DNA of 64,000 nucleotides, taken from NCBI GenBank assembly GCA_965235115.1, contig OZ249436.1, positions 9,054,001 through 9,118,000 of the forward strand, given 5' to 3'. A program made the position numbers and the translations under genes. The notes under the pieces are model-generated. The model made no database searches, had not been told where the DNA came from, and saw only the letters and a program-made list of their open reading frames with translations. The DNA comes from Laetmonice hystrix (Eukaryota). Shown in pieces: positions 23,401 through 35,409 of this stretch; positions within the stretch are counted from its first letter, which is position 1, and each line of letters opens with the position of its first letter.

Positions 23401-26400
23401 ATCTGAGAGGTCAAGGCCAAGATCAAGGTCAAGATCACGATCAAGATCATGGACAAGGTCACCACCTCCCAAACGGAGGTCTCGGTCACCACCTCCTGCA
23501 CGTCATCGTTCACCACTGCCACCACCACCTCGAAAGTTCTACAGACAGTCACCAGTGAGGGAAGGGATGCCTGGACCACCACCTGGCAGAGCTTGGTCAC
23601 CGGGCTATTACCAGCGATATGGAAGGTCGCCACCACATGTTAGTGGAGGCCCACTACCACCACCTCTACCCCGATTTCCACCTGACAGATTCCAGAGGGA
23701 CCGGCCACCTCCACCATACTCGACACAGCATGCAGACTTCTACAGGTAGGAAGCAAAGTTTATCTAATTTGACTTTGTGTTCATTATTCCTAATCTTGGA
23801 TTGAAGGTTTAAATAGCAGGTACATTCTGCCCCATAAGTGATGAGAAATTGAAATATTGAGATGTGTTGGTTATTTATAGCAATCCTGAAGTCCCATGAA
23901 GTCCTTTTTTTAATTAATTGAGTCAGAGTTGCATGCAGTAGTTAGATAAATTGTCAAAAATTGTAGCAAAATGTCCCCAAGGTAATCATGGTATTAAAAT
24001 ATGGTGTGATGTTGTATATTTTAGATATCCTCCTGAACGTCATGATGCACGCTATCAAGATTGGTACCATAACTACTACAGGGAATACTACAATCGGGGA
24101 CCAATTGATGGGGAACCACATCCTCCACCACATCCTCCACCACATCCTCTACCACCTCCTCCCCCAGGCTTTGATCTTCCAGTTCCACCAGCCTGGAGAG
24201 ATTCTTCTCATCGTTACAATGAAAAGTCCAAATCAAAGAGCCACTCTCCCAGCCATAAACGTTCGAAACCTCCAGCAGAGAAAGAAAAACAGTCCAAGTC
24301 AACGTCAAAGGATATGAAGGGTAAAAAGCCAGCAGATAAATTAGACCAGGCAGCCAAACGAACAACAAAAAAGTCGCGCCCGGATAAAGCTCAGGATGAT
24401 GTCAATGAAAAGGAAAATAAAAAAATTAAAAAGACACAAAGCAGCCGTAGTAGCCACAGTAAAACAAAGAGTGATTCGAAAGCTTCTGATAAGAAGAAAT
24501 CTCCAATGAAAGAGAAAGGACGTAAGGATGATGAAGCTGCCACCAAACGTAAGAAGCCTTCTCATGAAGGTGACCAAGTCAAGCGTAAGTCTGTAAAACC
24601 GCTTCCATCTGACAGAGACAAAGAGAAACAGAAGTCATCACAAGTTTCTAGTTCTGCTCATTCAAAGGAAAAGAAAACTAGTCATGGAAGTAGTAATAGT
24701 AAGCAGAAAGAGATTGTGCCAGTAAAACAGAAAATTAAAAAAGACAAAGAAAATGTGCATGGTACTGGTGCTGGTGAGGAAAAGAGTGCTCATAAAAAAG
24801 AGACAAAGCAAAAGAGATTACAGGAGAAGAGCAGATCCTCTGTCGATGTTAGTCAACCTCCCACGAAAAAATTGAAGACGCATGAAGAGAAAAGAGTTGA
24901 AAGCGATATGGAAAAACCAACAGAAAAGAAGCATGCACTGCTATCTAAAGAAAAGGCAGATGAAACTGACCCACCTGAAATGCACTGTGACATAGAATTA
25001 AAGAAAAGACCAAGTATTAAAGAGCGCCTAGGCAGCCGTGTTTTAAACAAAGATGCAGGTCCAATGGTTGATGCTCCAGAATTGTCCAAATGGGAGCGTG
25101 ATTCAGACAGTGAAGAATATGAATGGCCAGCAAAGGATCCGGTGAAAGCCAGCACTGAACGAAAGCCACTGCCAAAGTAGGTCATTTAAACATGAAGTGA
25201 GATGTCCAGTTTTCAAGTATGAAATTACTGCTTTATGTGGTCACTAATGTAAAAGGAATAGTTTTTCGAATCTGCTGTGTTTTTTAAATATCATGTATGT
25301 AATGTTCAGTGTTTTAAATTGTGTTTGTTTTTGTTTCAGGTCTGTGATTGACAATGCAGAGAAAGTCATCACCAAGCCTCGTGGATCAGTAATTGCCTCC
25401 ACCGTAACAGCAAAAGGCAGGTTCTCCAACTTAAGGCGTGTCTATATAGATGATCAGGACCATTCTAAGGAGGAACCTGAACGTAAAGTGATAACAAAGC
25501 AGTCCTCTGTCCGGATCACTATTTCCTCTGCAAAAGGAGAAGCAGAAGGACAGCTGTCAACCCGGGAGAAGGACAAAGGTCGTGATTGGGATCGGGAATC
25601 AAACCGGCACAGAGAAGAAAAGACTAATCAGTCTAATAAACGTATCATCATCAAACGTGATTCTAAAACCAGCTCAGAAGAAAATCTTGATCGACAACCA
25701 AAAGGCAAGTCTGTTCTACGTGAAGACCAGAGAATGAAATCGGCAGCACAAGGCAGCAAGCGGGATAAACCAACACCAATGGAAGATCGCCGACGGGTAA
25801 AGACTTCACCAAGTGAGGACAGGCGAGAAATATCAACTCCCAGAGAGGACAGGAGAGAACGGTCAGCTCCAAAAGAAGTCAGACAAGAAAGACCCACTGC
25901 TAGAGATGAGAGGGACAGATCTGCACCCCGGGAAAATAAGTGGGAACGGTCTACTCCAAGAGAGCAGCAAAGAGAAAAGGTAGGCTCTAATAATGACAGG
26001 CAGGCGAGGTCTGTTCCCCGGGATGAGAGACAAGACGGGTCTAGTAGAGATGAGGGACCTGGAAGATCAATACCGAAACGTGACCGACGGGAAAGGTCAC
26101 GGTCTCTAGATAAAGACAGCTATGACCGAAATTGGTCGCCTCGAGAGGACACCAGAAATCAGTCACCAAGTGAGAAAGACAGAAAAAAGAAATTGGTGCC
26201 TGAAGGTAGCAGAACAGAGAACACGCGATCTCAAAATGAAAAGGGAATGAGGGTTAATATGGAGGGTGCGCAATTAAAGCAGAAGGAACCACCACAAAAT
26301 CTTCAAAGTGATGGAAGGAATGATAAAAAGGCAGGTTCATATGATGCTGCAAGCAAAACAAAACTATCTGAAGAGACGGGCAACATGCAGGACAGGGGCC

Positions 26401-27353
26401 ACCGTGGTGTAGTAGAAGGGAGAAGGTCTTCCAAGGATTCAAGAGAAGACATATCACCTCAATTAGACAGGAAAAGCAGAATTTCAGCCCAGCTGGACAG
26501 GAAGGGCATGACACAAGAGCATGAAAATAGAGATTTAGGAGGACAAGAACCATACGAAAAACAGAGAAGGGGGAAAGAATCGGCAGGTTCAACAGAAATG
26601 GTGGCGGTAAAGAATTCAAGAAGTGGTGATTATTTGGAGAAGGAGCCAAAAGATTCCTCAGAAATAGAAGCCAAGAGAATGGTAAAGGAACAATTCAAAC
26701 GTATTGAAGAGAAAGGGATGGGAGAAAAAGAATTTAGTAGAATTAAAGACATTAAAAGGTCGGATAGAAACTCAGCAGACGAAAAAGTGAATGTCAGGGA
26801 AGCAAAAACGCAAGAATCTGGCAAATGTGAAGAATCTGACATAGATGCAACAGAAGACGATAAGGCTAGTCGACAAGAGGGTGAGTCAAATATTTCAAGT
26901 CAACAAGACACTTACAAAGGTCCTTCAAAAGCTTCAGAAGTTCGAGAAAAGGGTGAACGAAACGGTCAGAAGGAGAAAATGAAGAGCCCTCCACCACGAA
27001 AGCTTGATAGAAAGATTTCCACATTTGACGAGGAACGATTTGAACCAGATTATGAAGAGATGGATCTCAGTGTATCAGAAACTGGGGACGAGAGTGACGA
27101 CAATCGGAAGGCTGACAAACACGGGGCATCTTCTGACCATCAAGAATGTGACAGTTACAGAAGTCATAGTCGAAGTCGTAGTCGAAGCCGCACACCAAGA
27201 AAGAGGAAGGCAAGTTCTGACAGTGTGTCATCAGAACCTGAAAAGAAGAAACATAAACACAAGAAGGCGAAGAAAGTGAAGAAGCATAAAAAAAACAAAA
27301 AAGTAAAGAAGCACAAAAAGCACAAACACAAGGAAAAGAAAGAAAAAGACTAG
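5492..27353 (+). CDS. RBBP6: E3 ubiquitin ligase / mRNA 3'-processing factor RBBP6 (Mpe1/SNAMA family), 19 coding exons, about 1983 aa
   Basis: Exons 5492-5660, 6175-6259, 6425-6467, 14871-14906, 15232-15320, 15524-15629, 15866-15999, 16567-16742, 17243-17485, 17612-17720, 17878-18091, 18309-18348, 20953-21052, 21796-22076, 22266-22449, 22678-22764, 23056-23745, 24025-25176 and 25340-27353 are all GT-AG and join in frame (5952 nt). Domains: DWNN (MSCVHYKFKSSLDYD...LIPKNASVIVARVP), ANASEDDKIKAMM, zinc knuckle CHRCQKPGHYIHTC, RING CLLC...PCCGNSYCDEC...CPTC, Pro-rich, RS domain and KKHKKHK tail. Confidence 0.96.
7618..7778. mobile_element. hAT-like MITE with CAGGCCTCAA terminal inverted repeats
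   Basis: CAGGCCTCAA...TTGAGGCCTG. A related end occurs near 46993. TSD degraded. Confidence 0.6.
7875..8390. mobile_element. TIR element with a 6-bp TSD (CATCAA), carrying a nested MITE
   Basis: Ends CAGAGATGCTAAC / GTTGGCATCTCTG. CATCAA at 7869-7874 and 8391-8396. A second partial copy lies at 16891-17146. Confidence 0.8.
8208..8374. mobile_element. PIF/Harbinger-type MITE with TAA TSD
   Basis: TIR AGGCCGGTTTATA / TATAAACCGGCCT flanked by TAA on both sides. The paralogous empty site is visible at 17133-17135. Confidence 0.88.
12350..13480 (-). mobile_element. Heavily decayed fragment resembling an L1/Tx1-type non-LTR retrotransposon ORF2 N-terminus
   Basis: Broken frames give, in order, YTIVYWNSARS, GFTYRS, SDQFCEIVEEKL and AW(stop)...IVSMSRKKPKR. 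This resembles an APE endonuclease plus the following linker. Many stops and frameshifts. Confidence 0.3.
16073..16475. mobile_element. MITE with CAGGGTTCCCAGC TIRs and a near 5-bp TSD
   Basis: CAGGGTTCCCAGC...GCTGGGAACCCTG. Flanks GTTAG/GTTAT. Subterminal CAGGGAA repeats. Confidence 0.8.
16891..17146 (+). repeat. Truncated second copy of the 7875-8390 element, lacking the nested MITE
   Basis: Colinear with 7942-8388 (taattgacccaaaattac...cccattcattagtt...aattctcatcctc-taagttggcatct). Confidence 0.85.
18487..20518 (+). mobile_element. Non-autonomous Helentron-type (HINE/DINE-1-like) element, copy 1, in RBBP6 intron 12
   Basis: T-run, then subterminal repeat TAGCCCCCAC forming a hairpin with GGGGGCT, a (CCGT)n microsatellite, and about 3 internal tandem units of about 460 bp. 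3' subterminal GTGGGGGCTA, terminal hairpin AAGCTT-cac-AAGCTT, then TT. No TSD. Confidence 0.85.
21420..21541. mobile_element. 122-bp MITE with a perfect 5-bp TSD (TGTAT) and internal (CCCTAA)n
   Basis: CAGGGTTTCCGCC...GGCGGAAACCCTG with TGTAT on both sides. cctaaccctaaccctaaccc at about 21477-21496. Confidence 0.88.
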
Positions 27354-30300
27354 ATATGTTGTTGAACAAGTCTGAATTATTAACCAGAAATGGCGTGGTT
27401 TGTACATACGTAAAAAAAGAAAAGAAAAAAAAACCCTTAAGATGTGGGCAACCTGTTTCTGGTAAAATAAGTATGTACTAGTCCTTTTCAACATTTTCCA
27501 TTATGGTCATTGAGGCTAAGTAATCATGCGAAAATTTATGTGTTCATTTACAAAATAAATTTTGCCAGGAAATTCTAATAGGGATTACAATTATGTAACT
27601 CAATTTCAGAAGAAATTTAAATCGATCACTGGCAGGAGTCGTGTCGTTTAGTTCTCAGACGGCAACAAAACGGAAAAACGCGCACCATTTGTATATACAT
27701 ACCTATATGTGTACATATTGAAGAGTACATGTAGTTTTGAAAAAGTCCAAGCTAATCGTGTCTGAAACTTGTGAAGAATTGAAGTGTGCACGGCAGTCGG
27801 TGTTCGGAGTGTTTTGCGAGAAGGAATGTTGGATGGGATGAACATGATGTGATGTTCAAGGATGAAGAAAGTAATTCCTGCTGCTTTTGGAATGATGATA
27901 TTATATAAACGTAGCCACAAGGCATCACCAGGAGGAATGTATTTTAAGTTAAATAAAGTAGGCCCCAGCTGTGTTCTGGATGATAATTTAAAATGGATTT
28001 AAGTAAGGTAACGCACCTAGCTGAAGGATGAGTAATATTACCGTTTCACCATGAAAGCTAGTTGATGAATTTAAAACTGATTGTCGGTATGTAGAAGTCG
28101 AGGCAAAGAGCCCTAGAGCGTTGCTGTATTTGTTATTCTGAGGTCGAAGAAGTGCTATCTTGAGCCGTGGTGCAAATAATGAATTTGCCTGACGCGCAAT
28201 ATAATGTGCGTGTGGTGCGCCGTCTTAACCGAAGTATTTAAGACAAACTTCTCATGTAGAGCCTGAGGGCATGTGATATGGATGAAGATTTGAAGGAATT
28301 TACAACGGCAATTGCAACACATTGTTGTCTGGAAATGTGTGTGCCCCAACATTATGTCCATTATGTTTTCAATTGTCCAATCCAGTACACCCAAGCTGTA
28401 AGTACTCAAAGGTCCATTCCGAATAGGTGGTATTCATTATCTTCGTACTGTTTGAATGAGGTTATTAACAGACTCTCCCCCCCCCCCCCCCCGCATTTTA
28501 AGCTAGTCTTTACGTTGCTTTGATGGTAAGACTGCTTTATTAAAAGCAACGTGAATTTGTGTCGAGGGATTTTATTTAAGGATTATGCAAGGTGTATTTA
28601 AAAATTGCGAAAAAATAAAAGATGCAATGTTCTATGTACAGAAATATGAGTCTTAGCGTTGTCCTGATTACTCCGTAGAAGAGCAACACCACTTGTAGTA
28701 TATCGTCGGTCCATATGAACACAAATGAAAACGAACTGAACCGTGGTTATTTATTTCCATTTGTATGTACAAGTAACAGGCTTTACCCGCCCCCCCCCCC
28801 CCCCCCAATACCAAAATCTGGATCCGCCCCATGACCGTATAGATCTACTTTTTAGACGTTATATAAAATTGCAACACGTAATTTAAGCGCACCATAATTT
28901 TTTTAACGTCTTTATTGCGGTTTATATTGGTAGGTCACACGCATATGGAATCCATGTATTATTTTTTAGACATTTAATTGTAGTGCCCTCCAATGTAAAA
29001 ATTCCGCTAAATGTAAAAACGCCATAATTATATAACAAATATTTACGACAAATGTTAAATGTATCCAGATGCTATAGATGTCCATTCCCATCTTACATTA
29101 TTGTCAAAACTAGTTCCATTTTTCAAACTTGTGAGATATGTAGTATTTGGTGTAGAAGCGGGAGACGCCTTTAATGTTTCAGTTGGCCACCAGGAGGCTC
29201 TCCGTACTAGATTTAGTCCTTAGGTCCGTAACTGCCGCTAGAGTGCTCTCTAGGTAGAGCTAAATACATTATGCAATCTTTTTTCCCCACATCTTTATTC
29301 AGGAAATATACAGTATTCACAACACGGTCTGATGACCGGAGTTAAAGTTGTGTCCTGATAAGTTCAATTTACAAACTAGTAACAACCTTTAATGAGATGG
29401 AAATGCGTGGGGAATATAAAAAATGGAATGGAGTATTATTGGGCTATATGAATAATTTCATTTTCTGGAACAAAGATGCGAATCAGTACGCAAGTGAGAA
29501 AACTTTATCTAATTTTGGTCATTTTAAGCTACAGTTTTATACCTAAAATATGCCAGAATGCGTCTATCCCCAGAACTTTCGCGGCCTAGGCGGCCTAGGC
29601 GGTGTAGCCCTCCCCCCCCCCCCCCAATCCGAATTGCTTCCGCCGTGCCTGTATCGGATCTATGTGTTATAGGCATCAAAAGCGTTATTATGCAGTCCTT
29701 TAGATATCACTTTGTACTATCATTATAGTGGGCCATTTTTAGAGGGGTATAGGCCTACCAAAACAGCCTCGCAGTCTATGAGTAGGCCTAGACTCTATGG
29801 AGAGGCACACTTGTTCCCACACCTGATGAAAACAGCTGTCTGTGTCTGCGGGAGGCGGGGGGGGGGGGTGTGAAAATTGAATCTACATTGTACAATGTAG
29901 TATGGGATACCCCAAGGATACCAATATGAGATATAGACTGAAGTGCTTCTCTTCTCAGATAGATCATCCTCCCACGCTCGGGGTTGAACCATTGCCTTTT
30001 GACAACTCAAGATTACATCTAGATGGGCATAGATCGACCTATATATCATATGGCACTCATGCAGGTGGCAAAAGTCGGCATTTATTTTTGGCCAAGTCGG
30101 TGACAAGTCACTCTTTTCTTCACAAGTCACGCCAGTAAGCAAGCTAAACATGGGCAAGGCAGTCAGTAACAACAACCCCCTCCCCCAATTACGTAATGAC
30201 ATGACTGTGTCCAGTTTATTCCCTCCCGCTCGGCGGCCCACGCCTGCCGACTTGTGGTCAGTTACCACTTGACCTATACTTCGCTATCGCCGTAAAGTTG

Positions 30301-30999
30301 TCACTTTTCGTTATAAGCGAAAATTCGTTATAGACAAACTTCGTTAGGGCCTATATCTAGACTTAATTATATTAAACATAACAGAAATAAATTGACTTCG
30401 CTATAGTGCGGGAATTCGTTATAAGCGTGTTCGTTATTAAATTATATAACCGGACTGCACACAATCAGAGGGAAATACCACGGCCCGGGCAGAATGTCAC
30501 CGAGCCCTAGAACTAAAAGCCTATCATAATAATATTATAGCTCCTGTCTCCGAGCAGGGCCTATCACTGACCCCTTCGTGTGAAAAGTCTAATAGGATTG
30601 GGGTCGAAAAAAACAAACTTAAAAATCATCTTCAAAATAGGTCAGGAACGTGGCAAAAGAAGTATGGGTATAGGCAGAATACCAGTTTTCACTTGCTGTT
30701 TATTATGTAGTTAGATTCGGTTTGTTGACGGAGCATGGACGGGACGGCGACGCTGTCTAAGCCGAGCCTGTATTTGTGTATACATTGTAGGCCTAACGGT
30801 TACTTTTATAGTTTATGTTGGCGCGTGTATGTTACCTGTGCACCCACCCATTCATAACACATGGGCCATGCAGTTTCTCTGAAATAACTATAGGGAATCA
30901 ATTGTCAATTGAAAGTTCCCGGTTGGCCGAGGGACGATAGGCCTTGGCCTATAGGTCTATAAAAAGAAGGGCTATCATAATATTAATAGGCATACGGGG

Positions 31000-31241
31000 A
31001 CCAGTTCACCATATGGACACATCATTCCACAAGAAGACAGAACTACATTGTACATCATCATTCAACACGACGTGAGCGTCGGAGACGTATAGGGCCTATT
31101 CCTGCGTCACCCGCCTTGTCTGTAATATACACTCAGTAAAAAGGAGAAATAAAAGGACAGGAGGAAGAACCAGAAAAGTGGTTTCTTTCCGACTTCGCTC
31201 ACCTCGGAAGCAGCTGCGGCCCCTCCAAGATTGAGGTAAGT
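31000..31241 (+). promoter_or_regulatory. Candidate promoter and non-coding first exon of RNF216
   Basis: CpG-rich stretch ending in a consensus donor GAG|GTAAGT at 31236, about 4 kb upstream of the RNF216 ATG exon. Confidence 0.4.
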
Positions 31242-31454
31242 AATCGCGTAGGCCCTATGCCAATTTCCAAGGGGGGGGGGGGGGGGTCGACCTGGATGAA
31301 AATCATAATTTTGTAGTGGTAATTAAGCGCTTTAGTCCATCTTAATAGGCCTACGTGTGCCCGAGAGGACCAACAGCAGACAAGTCAAACCCCTAGCCTG
31401 CTTCCAATCCAAGGGCAGTTCTCCGCTTGGCTGCTGCCTGCGCTGCGGCCAGTG

Positions 31455-31939
31455 GGTGTCAGGTGAAAACGTCCCCAACCAAAGACGTCCCTAACTGAAA
31501 ACGTCCCCAAGATGAAACGTCCCCATTGGCATGATTAGGCCTATGTATTGTTCCTATATATCATAGACTCTATAATTTGTGAATTGTTTGTTACATGCTA
31601 GTGTGATACCATGTTACAGGCCTTATAAAGTTATATTAGATTGAGAGAATGCCCAACATGTCCACCCCTCGCAAAATCCACCCGGTCGTGTCCGCCCCAC
31701 CCTGCCGCCCGTGTTACTGGCCCTCCTCTCCCTTCCCTACCTCCTCGCAGAACACATTTCATGACATCGGCCTTCGAAAGTACAAAGTACGGCCCAAAGT
31801 AAAATCATTCTTTTCATGGAATACATTTTCCACCCAGTGGATCAGCGGGAGCATGCCGAGGTGTGGACATATGACCGGTGGTGGTTGGGGACGTTTTCAC
31901 TTAGGGACGTTCTTGCATGGGGACGTTTTCACTGGCATT
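31455..31939. mobile_element. MULE/Mutator-like MITE with a 9-bp TSD
   Basis: TIR-like GTGAAAACGTCCCC / GGGGACGTTTTCAC with repeated AAACGTCCC subterminal motifs. CGGCCAGTG at 31446-31454 and 31940-31948. Confidence 0.75.
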
Positions 31940-32877
31940 CGGCCAGTGCCAGTGCCGGTGGCAGTGGCAGTGGCAGTGAGTGAGTGAGTGGAGCACTGCC
32001 CTAGCGGCCTAGACCAGGGTTTTTACTATAAAAGCCCCCCCCCCTTACAGTTCTCCTTATAATTAAATCTGGAATCGCTCCTGCACCCTCCTGGGCCCCT
32101 AATTCGAAAATGGATTCGTGACGGATCACATCGATATTGGATAAACATGGCGCGCGTAAAGTACGCGCGCGGAGCACTTACCCGATTTCAAATCGAGGCT
32201 AGCCTGCCGAACTCCAAGCCGAAATGTTGATAGGGCTCGTGTAGAGACGACAGGAAGCGGAATCCCTCTGTCGGGAGTATGGCAAGGATCAACACCAAGC
32301 GCGAAAAACGAGGCAAAAAAGTCCACCCGGATAAGCGTTCCACCCTGGTGAAGGTAGATTGAAGGACGTAATTAAGTAGTTTAGATTCGTTGACAGTCTC
32401 AATTTGACGTGGTTAACTGTTGAAAGATATTTCAAGATTTACGGCATGAAACGTTTTATTCGATTTATCCAGTTTTTATCATCTGAGCTTCTCATCTAGT
32501 CAGACTCGGACACAGTCGCTCGTCGGTGTCAGTCTGCCCAGCTTAGCCCTTACCCTTACTTTTTTTTTGGGCCTTAGTCAGCGATACTCGTTGTTGAGTG
32601 TAGGCCTATTTCCGAAAGTTAGATAAGTCACATAGTAGTTCAATAGGCTTATAGATCTAGTCTCTGTTTGAGATTGCATCTTCAGAAATGGGTTCAATAC
32701 AGGGTGCCCGGCCAGTGGTCCCACATTTTCAAAATTTTGTCCTACAGCTAAAAAGGCTAAAAAGTTACATTACAAAAGGCTACATTTTCAAAAAATTGCC
32801 ACATTTTCAAAGTTTTTGTCCTAGTACCTAGATCTATGTTTAAAAGAAAAAGATGGCTATGCCTCCGGCAGCAATTT

Positions 32878-33050
32878 GGGGCCCATCTTACTAAGCCGGC
32901 AACGTGGCCAAATGTGATGTCGCCGCACCATACAAACAAGTCTATATAAATAAGGTAATATGTCGCCCGTTCTGGCGACGTGCCCCATTGCTTTAACGTT
33001 GGCGACATTCATGTCGGGCGACGTCGCCGGCTTAGTTTAAGATGGGCCCC
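32878..33050. mobile_element. Palindromic Harbinger-like MITE
   Basis: GGGGCCCATCTTA-CTAAGCCGGC ... GCCGGCTTAG-TTTAAGATGGGCCCC. Confidence 0.7.
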
Positions 33051-34263
33051 AACCTGAGAAATTTGTAAAGATAAATGACTAATTTGATTAGTCATCGTGC
33101 TAATTTTGGTGGTGGTGATAATCATAATGGTAGAAAATCTTAATGTCTGGATTCAGTGTGCTCTGTAGTTTAGAGCTTCACTGATGTAGCCTATGAAGTA
33201 ATGCCAATGCATCCTAGGTCTTATATTATACAGCACTGTCAGTCAGGAAACTGGCGCGATTACGCCCAAGCCCGTGAAAAGAAATTACTGGCGTGATTCA
33301 TGACGCCCGTGGAAAAGACGTTCAAGTCACCCCCTGACGGGAGTGAATCACTCTCCTGAGAAGCACCTGGGGAGTGATTTGCTCTCCTGTGGCTGTGGCA
33401 AATCCACGGGAGTGACTGATAGCTCCCGCAGGAAAATCTCCTGACTGACACTGATAGTGATACAGTCTGAGCACCCACAGTTAATTCTTTATTAAACTAC
33501 TATACCAGGTATCATCATTATATGATTTAAGGCATTTTAAAAATCCCACATTTTGGGGGGAGCTGGGCACCCAAAATTCACAAACACTTTACAAATTGCT
33601 ACACTCTTAAATGCCAAGGCAGTGCTTGTCATCTGACATTTGCAGGAGAGCTTTTCATCGCTCTCGCATTTTCTTGTACAGGAGCTATTAGCTCTCCTGG
33701 AAAATGGAAACATCATCTGACATGTCATATCACACTTAGCAGTCAGCAGATCACTCCCAATCTGTAGTTTTGCGTATATGCATTTATAATATTTAAATTT
33801 TGAGAGGACTTATCTATGCATTTTTGATGCTCATAAAATACTCAGACTGAAACTTTTAAGTGTTCTGTGAGAAGGAATCGCGTTTACAAGTCTGTTGTTA
33901 ACGTTCCTTAGCTTTCCTTTGGCTGGCGGGAGCGATGGATAGCGCCTGTAAAACTGATTTTACGGGAGCGGACGGGCGCGGGAGCGATCGCTCCCGTCAA
34001 ACGGCAAGCACTGCCAAGGCCAGAACCATGGCCCATGCCATGGGTATGTACATGTACTCTATAATATAGACTAAAATGACTTAGGCTGTACCCAGGGGCG
34101 AGTGCAGTTTTATCTATATTAGTAGCCATTAGTAGTCATTGATAATGATACCGGTATCCGCCAAGTCAGGTCAAAGAATAAGTACAAAACGTGAGCGCCA
34201 GGATCGATCAAGTTACCGGGAGTGACAGGTCACTTAATAACTTCTATTGTGGTCTTATGACAA

Positions 34264-34422
34264 CAGGCCTCGAATTACACGACGGCATCGACGGCATTTG
34301 CCATCATACCTTTTCCATGTATCGTAAATTTGCCGCCGTGCCCTTGAAAAATCTTATGGTGTTTCTTATGTATCGACGGCAGTTTTTTGCCATGCCCCTG
34401 TCAACTTCTAATTCGAGGCCTG
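34264..34422. mobile_element. hAT-like MITE with 14-bp TIRs
   Basis: CAGGCCTCGAATTA / TAATTCGAGGCCTG. Flanks TGACAA/AGACAA (6 bp, one mismatch). Confidence 0.75.
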
Positions 34423-35409
34423 AGACAACTATGGTAATATTGTCATGTCACAGTTGGAAAAAGCATGTGTTGATATTGTGACATCACAATGGAAGTCACC
34501 AGATGGGGTTCTAAATCGGGCAGGCTACGTTTTTTACCATTTTCACTTTGGTCAAGTGGCCCTAAACAGCATTTATTGGCCATTACGTTTCTAACAGTAA
34601 CAGGCACTTTCAAAGAATAGTAGGTAGATTCCAACAGAAAAGTCACTACATGTTTGGAGTCTGTTTATATAGGAGTGGCAGATAAGGAAGCGGTTTGTAG
34701 AATCCCATGCGTTTGGGAAATTTGAATTTCGATGCAGTGCAATTTAAACCAATCAAATTGCTCTTATTTATTTAGAACTAACCCGATCCCTAACCTAAAG
34801 TAACCCTAATCAGTACTGACAATTCATGATGTTATGAGATATTGCGAGATTCAGACTTGTCGCAAGAATGGTGGAGTGTAGGTGACTTCTACAATGGTAA
34901 AGTGTAGAATACTGCAGCACCCTCTATGTGACACTGAGGTGGCCTGTTGACGATTGCAGGGTGGCTCAGTGGTATCTCAAGATAAATCTAAATTAGTTTG
35001 TGAGCACTCAGTATGGGGCTTAATTAACCCTAAACTGTAGCCAAACTCGTTTCACATGCCCAGTGGGCAATGGGCTTTTTAGGTGCGCATGTTGGCCTTC
35101 ACTTCTTCTGTTAGCTGCTGAAGATCTTCTGGTGTTCCATTTTCAAATGTTGACAACCCTGATTTATAAACCTAAAATCGTCCTTTTATAAAGTATAGTT
35201 CCTAATACTCCCAGATAATTTGTCCCTACCCAGTTGGGGGCTGTGGCTCTTGTTAAATAATTGTTGATTTTGGCTAATCAGGACCTTGTAGAAGGGGAAT
35301 TCATCCTCCCATTTTACAGCAAGTCCAGTTATAGTCTGCATGGCAAGTGAAGAAGGTACGCGTGTATAGGCAGTCTGTCTAAAATTCCAGAAAACAAAGA
35401 TCTGTAAAA

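Noticed and set aside
22903..23472. 189-aa antisense ORF rich in DLDR
   Set aside because: Shadow of the RBBP6 RS-domain exon (AGATCA/AGGTCA codons).
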